From an uncultured virus (IMG/VR IMGVR_UViG_2551306709_000010) (taxonomy: Duplodnaviria; Heunggongvirae; Uroviricota; Caudoviricetes), in IMG/VR virus record IMGVR_UViG_2551306709_000010, positions 47,775 to 67,774 of that record: a stretch of DNA of 20,000 bases; one strand, given 5' to 3'. How positions within the stretch are numbered: position 1 is the stretch's first letter; each line of letters starts with the position of its first letter. Shown piece by piece: positions 1 through 8,696 of this stretch. The position numbers and the translations under genes are program-made. Below the pieces are notes generated by a model, which saw nothing but the letters and a program-made list of their open reading frames with translations, made no database searches and had not been told where the DNA came from.

Positions 1-1
1 T

Positions 2-580
2 AATCTAAAATTTGATGAAGGCACTTTTGAGGATGTAACAATATTAGTTGAATGCATAGTAAAATCAAAAGATAATTTAGCGGACAAAATAGATGAAATA
101 AAAGCCTGGCTTATAAATACAGGAGAAAGTGATCTAATATTTAGTTTTCAACCTGATAAAAAATATATTGCACAGGTAGTAAATACGATTGATTTTAAGC
201 AAGTTTTAAAATACACATCAAGGGTTCCTATAATATTTAATTGCAAGCCCTTTAAATATGGAGTTAAAGAAAAGATACTTACAATAACTAAAAATAATTC
301 TACTATATGTAATGAAGGAACTTTTCAAAGTGAACCTGTAATTAAGGTTTATGGTAGTGGAGATATAAAATTAAAAATTAATGAAGATGAAGTTACTGTA
401 AAAAATGTTGATGGATATGTAACTGTAGATTCTGTTTTAAAAGATTGCTATAAGGATGATGTTTTGAAAAATGGGGATATGATTGGAGAGTTTCCTATTC
501 TTAAAGTTGGAGAAAATGTTGTGAGTTTTAGTGGAAATGTTAGTGAGGTGGAAGTTAGGATTAATGAAATGTGGGCATAG
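2..580 (+). CDS. Phage distal tail protein (Dit), 5'-truncated by window edge
   Basis: Not in the ORF track (no start in window). Frame 2 is open from base 2 to TAG 578-580: ...IDEIKAWL...PDKKYIAQV...FNCKPFKYG...NEGTFQSEPVIKVYGSGDI...GEFPILKVGENVVSFSGNVSEVEVRINEMWA*, a typical siphophage Dit pattern, upstream of Tal. Confidence 0.85.
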   Translation, partial: NLKFDEGTFEDVTILVECIVKSKDNLADKIDEIKAWLINTGESDLIFSFQPDKKYIAQVVNTIDFKQVLKYTSRVPIIFNCKPFKYGVKEKILTITKNNSTICNEGTFQSEPVIKVYGSGDIKLKINEDEVTVKNVDGYVTVDSVLKDCYKDDVLKNGDMIGEFPILKVGENVVSFSGNVSEVEVRINEMWA

Positions 581-598
581 AATTGGTATATATTTGTA

Positions 599-607
599 TG
601 TTATAAT
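599..607 (+). promoter_or_regulatory. Putative extended -10 sigmaA promoter for the exonuclease gene
   Basis: TGTTATAAT (TGnTATAAT) at 599-607, about 85 nt upstream of the ATG at 692; G-rich RBS-like GGGGGA at 676-681. Confidence 0.45.
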
Positions 608-691
608 ATTTTTGTAATTTATTGAATGAATCTAATATGATTTTACGAAATGGAGGTTTTTGTAAAATTTTGATAGGGGGAACAAATAATT

Positions 692-1606
692 ATGGATTTT
701 GTTGTTATTGATTTTGAAACTGCTAATGCAAGTAGAGACAGTGCATGTGCATTAGGAATTGTAGTAGTAAAAGATAATAAAATCACAGAAGAAAAAGATT
801 GGTTGATTAGACCCAATAATTTAGATTTTGATCCTTGGAATTCTATGATACATGGAATAACAGAAGATGATGTAAAAAATAAACCTAAATTTAATGAGTT
901 ATGGAGAGATATTAAACCTTATTTAGAAGACCAATTAGTTATTGCTCATAATGCAAGTTTTGATATAAGTGTGTTAAGACATACATTAGATTGTTATGAT
1001 ATAAAATATCCAAATTTTACGTATTCATGTACAAGAATCATAGCTAAACAACATTATAAAGGATTAATTAATTACAAACTTAATACAATTGCAGAATACT
1101 TAGATATTGAATTTAAACACCATATAGCTTGTGAAGATGCTAATGCAACAGCTAAAATATTAATTCATATATGTGAAGAATTGAATATAAGTACTATAGA
1201 AGAATTAAATGAACATTTAGGTATAAAACTAGGAAGTTTATTCAAGGATGGATATAAACCTGCTTGTAAACAAAGTAAAAGTGGTAATGGTTTTGACATA
1301 CATGAGATTAAGTGCCAAACAGATATTTTTGATGAAGCCCATCCTTATTTCAAGAAAACAATTGCTTTTACAGGAACATTAACAAGTATGAAAAGGCAAG
1401 ATGCTATGCAAGAAGTAGTTAATATTGGTGGAATAGTTGGTAATGGAGTTACTAAAAAAACTAACTATCTTGTTATGGGAATACAAGATTATTCAAAATT
1501 TACAGATGGTGAGAAAAGCAGTAAGTTAAAAAAGGCAGAAGGACTAATAGAAAAAGGTCAAGACTTAGAAATTATATCAGAAGAAGAGTTTTTACAAATG
1601 CTATAA
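692..1606 (+). CDS. DEDDh (DnaQ/Pol III epsilon-like) 3'-5' exonuclease with C-terminal BRCT domain
   Basis: ExoI VIDFET, ExoII AHNASFD and ExoIII HHIACEDA are intact. The C-terminus IAFTGTL..MKRQDA..V..IGG...GVTKKTNYLVMG...SSKLKKA...IISEEEF is a ligase-type BRCT. Confidence 0.9.
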   Translation: MDFVVIDFETANASRDSACALGIVVVKDNKITEEKDWLIRPNNLDFDPWNSMIHGITEDDVKNKPKFNELWRDIKPYLEDQLVIAHNASFDISVLRHTLDCYDIKYPNFTYSCTRIIAKQHYKGLINYKLNTIAEYLDIEFKHHIACEDANATAKILIHICEELNISTIEELNEHLGIKLGSLFKDGYKPACKQSKSGNGFDIHEIKCQTDIFDEAHPYFKKTIAFTGTLTSMKRQDAMQEVVNIGGIVGNGVTKKTNYLVMGIQDYSKFTDGEKSSKLKKAEGLIEKGQDLEIISEEEFLQML

Positions 1607-1648
1607 ACATAGTATTTTGTAATATAAATGAAAGATAAATTATAAATG

Positions 1649-1686
1649 GTAGTTTAGCCTTTTTTATTGTAGAAAACTAAACTGAC
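1649..1686 (+). other. Hairpin directly upstream of the tail-tip gene RBS
   Basis: AGTTTAG (1651-1657) pairs with CTAAACT (1677-1683), with an inner TTTTTTA/TAGAAAA stem. No U-tract follows; the RBS GGGAGGTGA is at 1687-1695. Confidence 0.35.
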
Positions 1687-1699
1687 GGGAGGTGATAGA

Positions 1700-3343
1700 T
1701 TGATATGCATCTACGACAAAAAAACCACAAAAGGAAACTTTGAAACTAATGGTCTTGGAGTTCTAGATGAAGTTATAAGCTGCTTTATTACAGAAGAACT
1801 TAATGGAGATTATGAACTAGAACTTGAATATTCAGCTAAGAGAAGAAAAGCAAAACACCTAGAAGAGTGGAACATACTTAAAGTAGATGGACAGCTTTTT
1901 AGAATTTATAGAGTTGAAAAGATAAGTAAAGAAATTAAGATAATAAAGGTGTGGGCAAAGCATATCTTCTATGACCTTCTGTATTACTTTATTGAAGATA
2001 GTAGAGCTGTAAATTGTAGTATAAAAACTGCTATGGAAAAAGCACTACCGGGAGATGTTAGTACTATATATAAAGTTGATAGTGATATTATTTTAGCTAA
2101 TACTATCTACTTTGTTCAAACCAATCCTGTAGAAGCTATGTTTGGAATAATTAAAAGGTGGAAATGTGGAGAAATTAAAAGAGATAATTTTGATATAAAA
2201 ATTCTAAAGAAAATAGGAAAAGATTCAGGAGTTTTAATAGCTCAAGGTAAAAATATTTTAGGGATTAAATTTAATTCTGATACAAAAGATGTTGTTACAA
2301 AGCTTTATCCAGTAGGTTACAATGGAATAAAACTTACTGAAAAGTATATAAATGTGCCTAACTGGAATAGTGATAAGTATCCACCTTTTCCTATAGTTAA
2401 AAAGATTCAATTCAAAGAAGCTGAGGATGAAGTAACCTTAAGAACTATGGCAAAAGAAAGTATAAAAACCATAGGACTTAGTAAGGTAAATATTGAAGTG
2501 GATTTTATAGAACTTAGTAGGACTAAAGAATATGAAAAATATAAACATCTACAAAAGGTTAATGTAGGAGATAGAGTTATTGTAAGATACAAAGATTTTG
2601 ATATGGATATTAAAGTTCCAGTTATAAAAATTAGGAAAGATGTATTAAGAGGGTTAAATGTAAAAGTAGAACTAGGGCAACCTAAAGATAATATTTTAAA
2701 TCAAATGGATACTTCTGAAATTAAAACAACTGTAGATGAACTTGGAAACAAGGTAGCAGAAACACTAACATCTATGCTTTATTATGCAAATCCAGTAGAG
2801 TTTATAGTTGGTACAAGCAAAATACAACCTGTATATTTGGGGATATCTGCAGTAGCATCAACAAATCTTTCAATGAATCTTTCATTATATTGTATAGCAA
2901 ATGAAGAATGTACACTTACCATTCAAATTCAACTAGATAGAGAAGACATCACTTTTACCCCAAAGCAAAAACTTTTAAAAGGAGATAATGTTGTAGGAAT
3001 ACCTATAGGAATACCACAAGTTAAATGTGGTGCTCACTATTTAGGTATTTTTTTATGCGTTGATACAGGAAGTATGAAAATACCAAAGTTTAATTTGCAA
3101 TGTATGGTGGATGGAAGAAATCTTCAGGGTGGACTAAGTTCAGAGCCACCTCATGCAGAAGTTAAGGAATATCAACCACTTGTTAATATTAATGGTTTGT
3201 ATTTTCAAAAATTACAAGTAGGAAATCAGATCATAACATTTAAAGAACCTATACCAGTTATATTTGGTGAACATATGACTTTAAATAATAATTTATTTAG
3301 GGATAAAGAAATTACAGTAAATTATAATATAAGCTTTAAATAA
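1700..3343 (+). CDS. Phage tail tip/spike protein (Tal, prophage endopeptidase-tail family) with C-terminal extension
   Basis: TTG start after a strong RBS. N-terminal IYD...FETNGLGVL...ITEELNGDYELELEY, QLFRIY, AKHIFYDL, VVTKLYPVG and VNVGDRVIV...VELG motifs; position after Dit. Confidence 0.85.
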   Translation: MICIYDKKTTKGNFETNGLGVLDEVISCFITEELNGDYELELEYSAKRRKAKHLEEWNILKVDGQLFRIYRVEKISKEIKIIKVWAKHIFYDLLYYFIEDSRAVNCSIKTAMEKALPGDVSTIYKVDSDIILANTIYFVQTNPVEAMFGIIKRWKCGEIKRDNFDIKILKKIGKDSGVLIAQGKNILGIKFNSDTKDVVTKLYPVGYNGIKLTEKYINVPNWNSDKYPPFPIVKKIQFKEAEDEVTLRTMAKESIKTIGLSKVNIEVDFIELSRTKEYEKYKHLQKVNVGDRVIVRYKDFDMDIKVPVIKIRKDVLRGLNVKVELGQPKDNILNQMDTSEIKTTVDELGNKVAETLTSMLYYANPVEFIVGTSKIQPVYLGISAVASTNLSMNLSLYCIANEECTLTIQIQLDREDITFTPKQKLLKGDNVVGIPIGIPQVKCGAHYLGIFLCVDTGSMKIPKFNLQCMVDGRNLQGGLSSEPPHAEVKEYQPLVNINGLYFQKLQVGNQIITFKEPIPVIFGEHMTLNNNLFRDKEITVNYNISFK

Positions 3344-3398
3344 AAAATTTCTACCTAATTATGTATATCTAAAATTTAATATGAAAGGGGATGATAAT

Positions 3399-4757
3399 TT
3401 GAGTTTTAGAGAAAGCATATCATATAGTAAAGATTTTTTAACAGGTAGAAAGATTGAAAAAGTAAAGCAGAAATTAATAATGCCTGTTCAAGGAATAGCT
3501 ACAGTAAAACTTTATGATGATTTAACTGGAAAGCAAGTTTATGAGGCAAAAAGTGAAAACAGAATAACAGCAGTTTTAGCAAATTCAGCTTTTTTAGATG
3601 GGTTTTATTATCCAATGCTTGAAAATAATCAAGAATATTTATTGAAAAAGATTTTTACAACCTATCCTTTTAGAGTGTTATCTTTGACTACAGGGGATAT
3701 ACCAGAAGATCCTTATGATTACTTTACATGGGGCAATATAGTAGGTTATGCTGATGCATGGTACACATATAGTGGAGATTCAGAAGTTATAGGTACTGTA
3801 AATAAAGGAGAATGGTCTAGAACTAATAAAGATGGAAAAGGGACAAAGCATTTTGTTTTTGATTTCCCAACTCATGCTGCTAATGGAACATTTAAAAGTA
3901 TTTATTGGTCTGGAGGACAAAGAGATGATTCAAGTGCTCAAAAGCCTAATATAAATGATATGTATAAAAAGAGAATTATAAAAGAAGAAAGGTATTCAAT
4001 ACCCTATTATAATTTATGCACTGATAAAAATAATCTTTATGCTCTAGAACCAAATAAAACTATGGTTAATGTATATGATAAATTTAGTATTGAGAAAAAA
4101 AGTAATGCTTCATTATCCATTGCATCTAAAGCTATAGACTATGATGGAGCAAATTTTTGGGTACTTATAAATGATGGCTCATTTAAAAAACTTGATAAGA
4201 GTTTTAATATAATAGAAAGCTACCCCAAAAGTGCTAAAGTTCCAGATAATTTAGTTTATGGTGTTGAATATTTTGATATTGCTGTTACAGAAAGTAATGT
4301 ATATATAACTTATAAAGGATGTATTAATAGAAATGGAAACAGTATAGATTATAGAAGCTGCATAGTTATGTATGATAAGGATGGTACATTTGTTAAAAAA
4401 GCAGAAGTTTATACGGGAACTAGTAGTAGATTATTTATTACTAGAATTCCTAATAATAAGTTATATGTAATAGTTAATGGTAGAAGTGCTATTCAACTAG
4501 ATATGGATTTAAGCATTTATGGAAGTATAGATTTTGGGTACTATAGTTATTATAGTATAACTTGGGATAAGGATACCCAAACTTTATTTGCTTTTAATGA
4601 TCGTAGTTATGGAAGTTTAAATGAGTATTATATAGTTCCAGCTTCAGCACATACACTTCTTCCAGAACCAGTAACAAAAACACCAGTAAATACAATGAAA
4701 ATTCAATATGATTTCACCTGTGATTATGTTAATCCATTAGACATGCCTACTCATTAG
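3399..4757 (+). CDS. Phage tail-associated protein with central beta-propeller, possible receptor-binding protein
   Basis: ORF track 3381-4757; TTG at 3399 has the better RBS (AAGGGGATG). Lies between Tal and holin. Five blade-like repeats: LCTDKNNLYAL, AIDYDGANFWVL, DIAVTESNVYIT, FITRIPNNKLYVI, SITWDKDTQTLFAF. Confidence 0.6.
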   Translation: MSFRESISYSKDFLTGRKIEKVKQKLIMPVQGIATVKLYDDLTGKQVYEAKSENRITAVLANSAFLDGFYYPMLENNQEYLLKKIFTTYPFRVLSLTTGDIPEDPYDYFTWGNIVGYADAWYTYSGDSEVIGTVNKGEWSRTNKDGKGTKHFVFDFPTHAANGTFKSIYWSGGQRDDSSAQKPNINDMYKKRIIKEERYSIPYYNLCTDKNNLYALEPNKTMVNVYDKFSIEKKSNASLSIASKAIDYDGANFWVLINDGSFKKLDKSFNIIESYPKSAKVPDNLVYGVEYFDIAVTESNVYITYKGCINRNGNSIDYRSCIVMYDKDGTFVKKAEVYTGTSSRLFITRIPNNKLYVIVNGRSAIQLDMDLSIYGSIDFGYYSYYSITWDKDTQTLFAFNDRSYGSLNEYYIVPASAHTLLPEPVTKTPVNTMKIQYDFTCDYVNPLDMPTH

Positions 4758-4771
4758 TTTGAGTAGGTTTT
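4745..4771 (+). terminator. Putative intrinsic terminator between tail and lysis genes
   Basis: GCCTACTCA-ttagtt-TGAGTAGGT stem-loop spanning the stop codon, followed by a short T run. Confidence 0.5.
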
Positions 4772-4797
4772 AATTATGTAAGAAGGAGGCGTTGACA

Positions 4798-5205
4798 ATG
4801 AAAAATATTATTGAAATGGTACAAATGATATTTGCATCCATAGGTGGATGGATTGGATGGATGCTTGGAGGAATTGATGGATTCTTATATGCACTTATAG
4901 CTTTTGTTGTTATTGATTATTTAACTGGAATTATGGCTTCAATTCTTGAACAAAAGCTATCTAGCGAAGTAGGGTTTAGAGGAATATTTAAAAAGGTACT
5001 TACTTTTGTTTTGGTAGGAGTAGCTCATATAATTGATTATTACCTTATAGGCAGTGGTAGTGCAATTCGTACCGCTGTTATATTTTTTTATATATCAAAT
5101 GAAGGAATCAGTATCTTAGAAAATACAGCAAAGATAGGACTGCCAATACCAGATAAGTTAAGGAATGTTTTAGAGCAGTTAAAGGAGGAAAAGAAAAATG
5201 GCTAG
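4798..5205 (+). CDS. Phage holin (toxin-secretion/phage lysis holin, TcdE/UtxA-like family)
   Basis: Hydrophobic segments and motifs IDYLTG, LSSEVGFRGIFKK, FFYISNEGISILEN, IGLPIP. AGGAGG at 4784-4789 favours ATG 4798. Overlaps the endolysin start by 8 nt. Confidence 0.92.
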   Translation: MKNIIEMVQMIFASIGGWIGWMLGGIDGFLYALIAFVVIDYLTGIMASILEQKLSSEVGFRGIFKKVLTFVLVGVAHIIDYYLIGSGSAIRTAVIFFYISNEGISILENTAKIGLPIPDKLRNVLEQLKEEKKNG

Positions 5206-5902
5206 ATTATGTTTTGATTATGGGCATGGAGGAGAAGATAGTGGTGCATGTTATAAAGGAAGAAAAGAAAGTAATGATGTATTAAGCTTAGGTAAAGCTG
5301 TAGCTGAAAAGGTCAGAAGGCATGGAGTTACTGTTGATGAAACAAGAACTAATGATATTACAGTTAGTTTAAGGGAAAGAAGCAATTTTGAAAACAGAAA
5401 TAATTATAATTATTTCATATCTTTTCATAGAAATGCTTATAAACCGCAGAAAGCAAATGGTGCTGAAGCTTACACTTATTTAAGTGCAAGTACAAAAGCT
5501 AAAGCACTGGCAGAAAAAATACAAGCTGGACTTGTAGAGATTGGTTTTACTAACAGAGGAGTAAAGACAGCTAATTATCATGTGCTAAGAGAAACTAGAT
5601 GTCCAGCAGTTTTAATTGAAATTGGGTTTATTGATAATAGTGTGGATAATAATATTTTTGATTCTAAAAGAAATGAAATTATTAGAGAAATAGCCAAAGC
5701 TATATTATCTCAGTTAGGCATAGGATATAAAGAAAATAAATCTAATGAAGCAATAGCTCAGCAAAAGCAGCAAGCCACAAGTGGACAAACTCTTTATAGA
5801 GTTATGGCAGGTTCTTATGCTGTTAGAGATAACGCAGAAAAGCAAGTTGAAAAATTAAAGAAGGCTGGATTTGACGCTACAATTATGGTTTTTAATAAGT
5901 AA
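5198..5902 (+). CDS. Endolysin: N-acetylmuramoyl-L-alanine amidase (Amidase_3) with C-terminal SPOR-like cell-wall-binding domain
   Basis: Zn/catalytic motifs DYGHGG, KESND, ISFHRNA, VLIEIGF; C-terminal YRVMAGSY...NAEKQVEKLKKAGFDA. Confidence 0.93.
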   Translation: MARLCFDYGHGGEDSGACYKGRKESNDVLSLGKAVAEKVRRHGVTVDETRTNDITVSLRERSNFENRNNYNYFISFHRNAYKPQKANGAEAYTYLSASTKAKALAEKIQAGLVEIGFTNRGVKTANYHVLRETRCPAVLIEIGFIDNSVDNNIFDSKRNEIIREIAKAILSQLGIGYKENKSNEAIAQQKQQATSGQTLYRVMAGSYAVRDNAEKQVEKLKKAGFDATIMVFNK

Positions 5903-5922
5903 AAGAGTTCACCTTTAAATAG

Positions 5923-5980
5923 CTTGACTTCTATCAAGTTCAGAGTGATATATAGTAGTACAAATTTGATAGAAAGGAGG
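5923..5980 (+). promoter_or_regulatory. Promoter/operator region of the recombinase pair
   Basis: TTGACT -35-like hexamer at 5924-5929 and an AT-rich TGATATATAGT -10-like zone with non-canonical spacing. Inverted repeat TTCTATCAAGTT (5929-5940) / AATTTGATAGAA (5963-5974). RBS AGGAGG at 5975-5980. Confidence 0.5.
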
Positions 5981-5987
5981 ATTTACA

Positions 5988-7277
5988 GTGCGTGTAAGGA
6001 TTATAGAGCCTACTTTAAAAACTGAAAAAGTAAAGAAAAAAGTATGTGCTTATGCAAGAGTTTCAACAGATAGTCAAAAGCAAGATGAATCATTAGAAAA
6101 TCAAATACAATATTATGAAAATCTTATATTAAATAATCCAGACTATGAGTTTATAGGAGTGTTTGCAGATAGAGGAATAACAGGAACTACTGAAGATAGA
6201 CCGGAATTTCAAAGTATGATGAACTTTTGTAGACAAGGAAAGATAGACTTAATTATTACTAAATCAATATCTAGATTTGCAAGGAATACCGCTATAGTTT
6301 TGGAAACTGTAAGAGAACTGAAATTACTAAACATAGAAGTGAGATTTGAAAAAGAAAATATAAATACTTTGTCAGGGGATGGTGAGTTAATGCTTACTGT
6401 CCTTTCTTCTTTTGTCCAAGAAGAAAGTAAAAATGTAAGTGATAACATCAAATGGAGAATGAGAAAGAAGTTTCAGCAAGGAGAAATGATTATAAATACT
6501 AAAAGATTTTTGGGGTATGACAAGGATGAGTATGGAGATTTAGTGATAAATCCTAAAGAGGCTGAGGTGGTAAAAAGAATTTTTAATGAATACTTAAGTG
6601 GAAAAGGCTGTTTTACAATTGCAAAAGGTCTTAGAGAAGAAGGAGTTCCTACAGTGGCTGGTGGAACATGGAGAGATAGTACTATTTTAAGAATACTAAA
6701 GAATGAGAAGTATAAAGGGGATGCATTACTTCAAAAATATTATACATCAGATCATTTAAGAAAAAAGAAAGTTAGGAATAATGGAGAAGTTGATAGCTAT
6801 TACATTGAAGATAATCATGTGCCAATAGTTTCAAGAGAAACGTGGGAAGCTGTTCAAGAAGAAATTAAAAATAGAGCTAAGGATAAAGGAATTGTTTCAG
6901 GAGATACAAAAAAATATAAGAGAAGATATCCACTAACAGGAATGCTTTACTGCAGTAAATGTAGTTCTACCTTAAGAAGAAGAACATGGAACAGCAAATT
7001 AAATTGTAAAAAGATAGTATGGCAATGTAGTAACTATATTAAAAACGGAAAGAATGCTTGCAGGGGAACTTCAATAGATGATGAGACTATAAGCAAGCTT
7101 AATATAAAAGAAGAAACTGTAGTAAAGGAGGAGATTAGAAATGGCAAGAAGTATTACAGTTATACCAGCAAGAGAACACAGAACCAACATAGCGCAAACA
7201 ATAGAGTCGCACAAAAAGAGAATGGCAGCGTATTGCAGGGTATCAACAGACCAAGCAGAACAGTTATCAAGCTATGA
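5988..7277 (+). CDS. Large serine recombinase 1 (resolvase + recombinase + Zn-ribbon domains)
   Basis: GTG start with AGGAGG. Catalytic YARVST, DRGITGT..DRPEF, TKSISRFARN, LGYD, NEKYKGD, and CSKC...WQC...C zinc ligands. Confidence 0.93.
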   Translation: MRVRIIEPTLKTEKVKKKVCAYARVSTDSQKQDESLENQIQYYENLILNNPDYEFIGVFADRGITGTTEDRPEFQSMMNFCRQGKIDLIITKSISRFARNTAIVLETVRELKLLNIEVRFEKENINTLSGDGELMLTVLSSFVQEESKNVSDNIKWRMRKKFQQGEMIINTKRFLGYDKDEYGDLVINPKEAEVVKRIFNEYLSGKGCFTIAKGLREEGVPTVAGGTWRDSTILRILKNEKYKGDALLQKYYTSDHLRKKKVRNNGEVDSYYIEDNHVPIVSRETWEAVQEEIKNRAKDKGIVSGDTKKYKRRYPLTGMLYCSKCSSTLRRRTWNSKLNCKKIVWQCSNYIKNGKNACRGTSIDDETISKLNIKEETVVKEEIRNGKKYYSYTSKRTQNQHSANNRVAQKENGSVLQGINRPSRTVIKL

Positions 7278-8553
7278 AGCACAGGTAAATTACTATACTA
7301 ATTTTATAAATAATAGTCCTGAATATGAAATGGTAAAAGTCTATGCTGATGAAGGAATTTCAGGAACTAATACTAAAAAGAGAGAACAATTTAATGAAAT
7401 GATTAAGGATTGTAAGTTAGGAAAAATAGATATAATTATAACAAAATCTATATCAAGGTTTGCTCGTAATACTTTAGATTGCTTAAATTATGTAAGAATG
7501 CTTAAAGAACTTGGCATTGGAGTTATTTTTGAAAAGGAAAATATAAACACATTAGATGGTAAAGGAGAGGTTTTAATTTCCATTCTCGCAAGCTTGGCTC
7601 AAGACGAAAGCAGAAGCATCAGTGAAAATTCAACATGGGGAATAAGAAGAAGATTTGAACAAGGAAAGCTTCATATAAACCACAAAAAATTTTTAGGATA
7701 TGATAAAGATGAAGAAGGTAATCTTATAATCAATGAGAAACAAGCCAAAATTGTAAGAAGAATTTATAAAGACTACTTAGATGGAAAAGGTACAAATAGG
7801 ATAGCAAAGGAACTTGAAGAAAAAGGAATTAAAGGCTGGAATGGAAAGGCTAAATGGTATGAAAGCACTATAAGAGGGATATTAACAAATGAAAAATATA
7901 AAGGAGATGCGCTACTGCAAAAGACTTATACAGTAGATTTTCTTACTAAGAAAAGGGCAGAAAACAATGGAGAAGTTCCACAGTATTATGTGGAAGAAAG
8001 CCATCCAGCAATTATAGATAAAGAGATGCATGCCGCAGTTCAGCTTGAGATGGAGAGAAGAAAAACCTTTGCTAAAGAACATGGCATTGTAAAAGTAGAT
8101 TATGCTACAGTAACCAATCCTTTTGCAGGAAAAGCTATTTGTGGGCACTGCGGCAGTGTTTTTGGGAGAAAGGTTTGGAATTCTACAAATGAAATACGTA
8201 GGAGAATTGTTTGGAGATGTAATAAAAGATATATAGAAAAAGGTAAGAAAGGCTGCAATAATAAGCATATAGATGATAAGGTTTTATACCAAGCTTTTAT
8301 AGATACTTTTAATGCTATGATTGAAAATAAAGATTACTTCATGGAGAAGTGGAAGGAACATTTAAAAAGTGAGAATGTTTTAGTTAGATATAAGGCAAAG
8401 CAGTTCGTGGGAATTTTAAAAAATGCAAAACCAATAAAACAATTTGATGAGGATTTGTTTTTTAGGATAGTAGAGAAGATGACGGTGTTTGATGGAGAGA
8501 AGATTATTGTAAGTTTGCTTGATGGGACGGAGATAGAAGTTATAATTGAATAA
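7141..8553 (+). CDS. Large serine recombinase 2
   Basis: Own RBS AAGGAGGAG just upstream of the ATG. Catalytic YCRVST, DEGISGT, TKSISRFARN, LGYD, NEKYKGD, CGHC...WRC...C. Overlaps recombinase 1 by 137 nt in another frame. Confidence 0.95.
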   Translation: MARSITVIPAREHRTNIAQTIESHKKRMAAYCRVSTDQAEQLSSYEAQVNYYTNFINNSPEYEMVKVYADEGISGTNTKKREQFNEMIKDCKLGKIDIIITKSISRFARNTLDCLNYVRMLKELGIGVIFEKENINTLDGKGEVLISILASLAQDESRSISENSTWGIRRRFEQGKLHINHKKFLGYDKDEEGNLIINEKQAKIVRRIYKDYLDGKGTNRIAKELEEKGIKGWNGKAKWYESTIRGILTNEKYKGDALLQKTYTVDFLTKKRAENNGEVPQYYVEESHPAIIDKEMHAAVQLEMERRKTFAKEHGIVKVDYATVTNPFAGKAICGHCGSVFGRKVWNSTNEIRRRIVWRCNKRYIEKGKKGCNNKHIDDKVLYQAFIDTFNAMIENKDYFMEKWKEHLKSENVLVRYKAKQFVGILKNAKPIKQFDEDLFFRIVEKMTVFDGEKIIVSLLDGTEIEVIIE

Positions 8554-8563
8554 TAAAATAAGA

Positions 8564-8604
8564 GGCTGATTGTGATAATTTTTATCATAATCAGTCATTT
8601 TTTT
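8564..8604 (+). terminator. Intrinsic terminator after the recombinases
   Basis: GGCTGATTGTGATAA-ttt-TTATCATAATCAGTC 15-bp stem (two G-U pairs), followed by A and a T7 run. Confidence 0.8.
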
Positions 8605-8696
8605 CTTTATTAAATAGAAAAAGGAATAAAATAATGAGTATAATTGAAATAGAAAGATGTTTCATAATAATTTTAAGAAGAAATGGAGGGGAGAAA

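Noticed and set aside
1700..4757. Diversity-generating retroelement or invertible tail-fibre cassette
   Set aside because: No reverse transcriptase, template/variable repeat pair or inverted cassette seen. The recombinases are integrase-type, not small invertases.
4792..4800. Lambda-style dual-start holin (TTG-ACA-ATG)
   Set aside because: The TTG is only 2 nt from the AGGAGG, too close for efficient initiation, and the extension adds no positive charge.
7141..7277. Frameshifted single recombinase or programmed fusion
   Set aside because: Each ORF has its own RBS and a complete catalytic domain, so they are two genes.
8652..8663. GAAA-gatg-TTTC palindrome as a LexA box upstream of the cargo operon
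   Set aside because: Does not match GAAC-N4-GTTC/T, and such short palindromes are expected by chance in AT-rich DNA.
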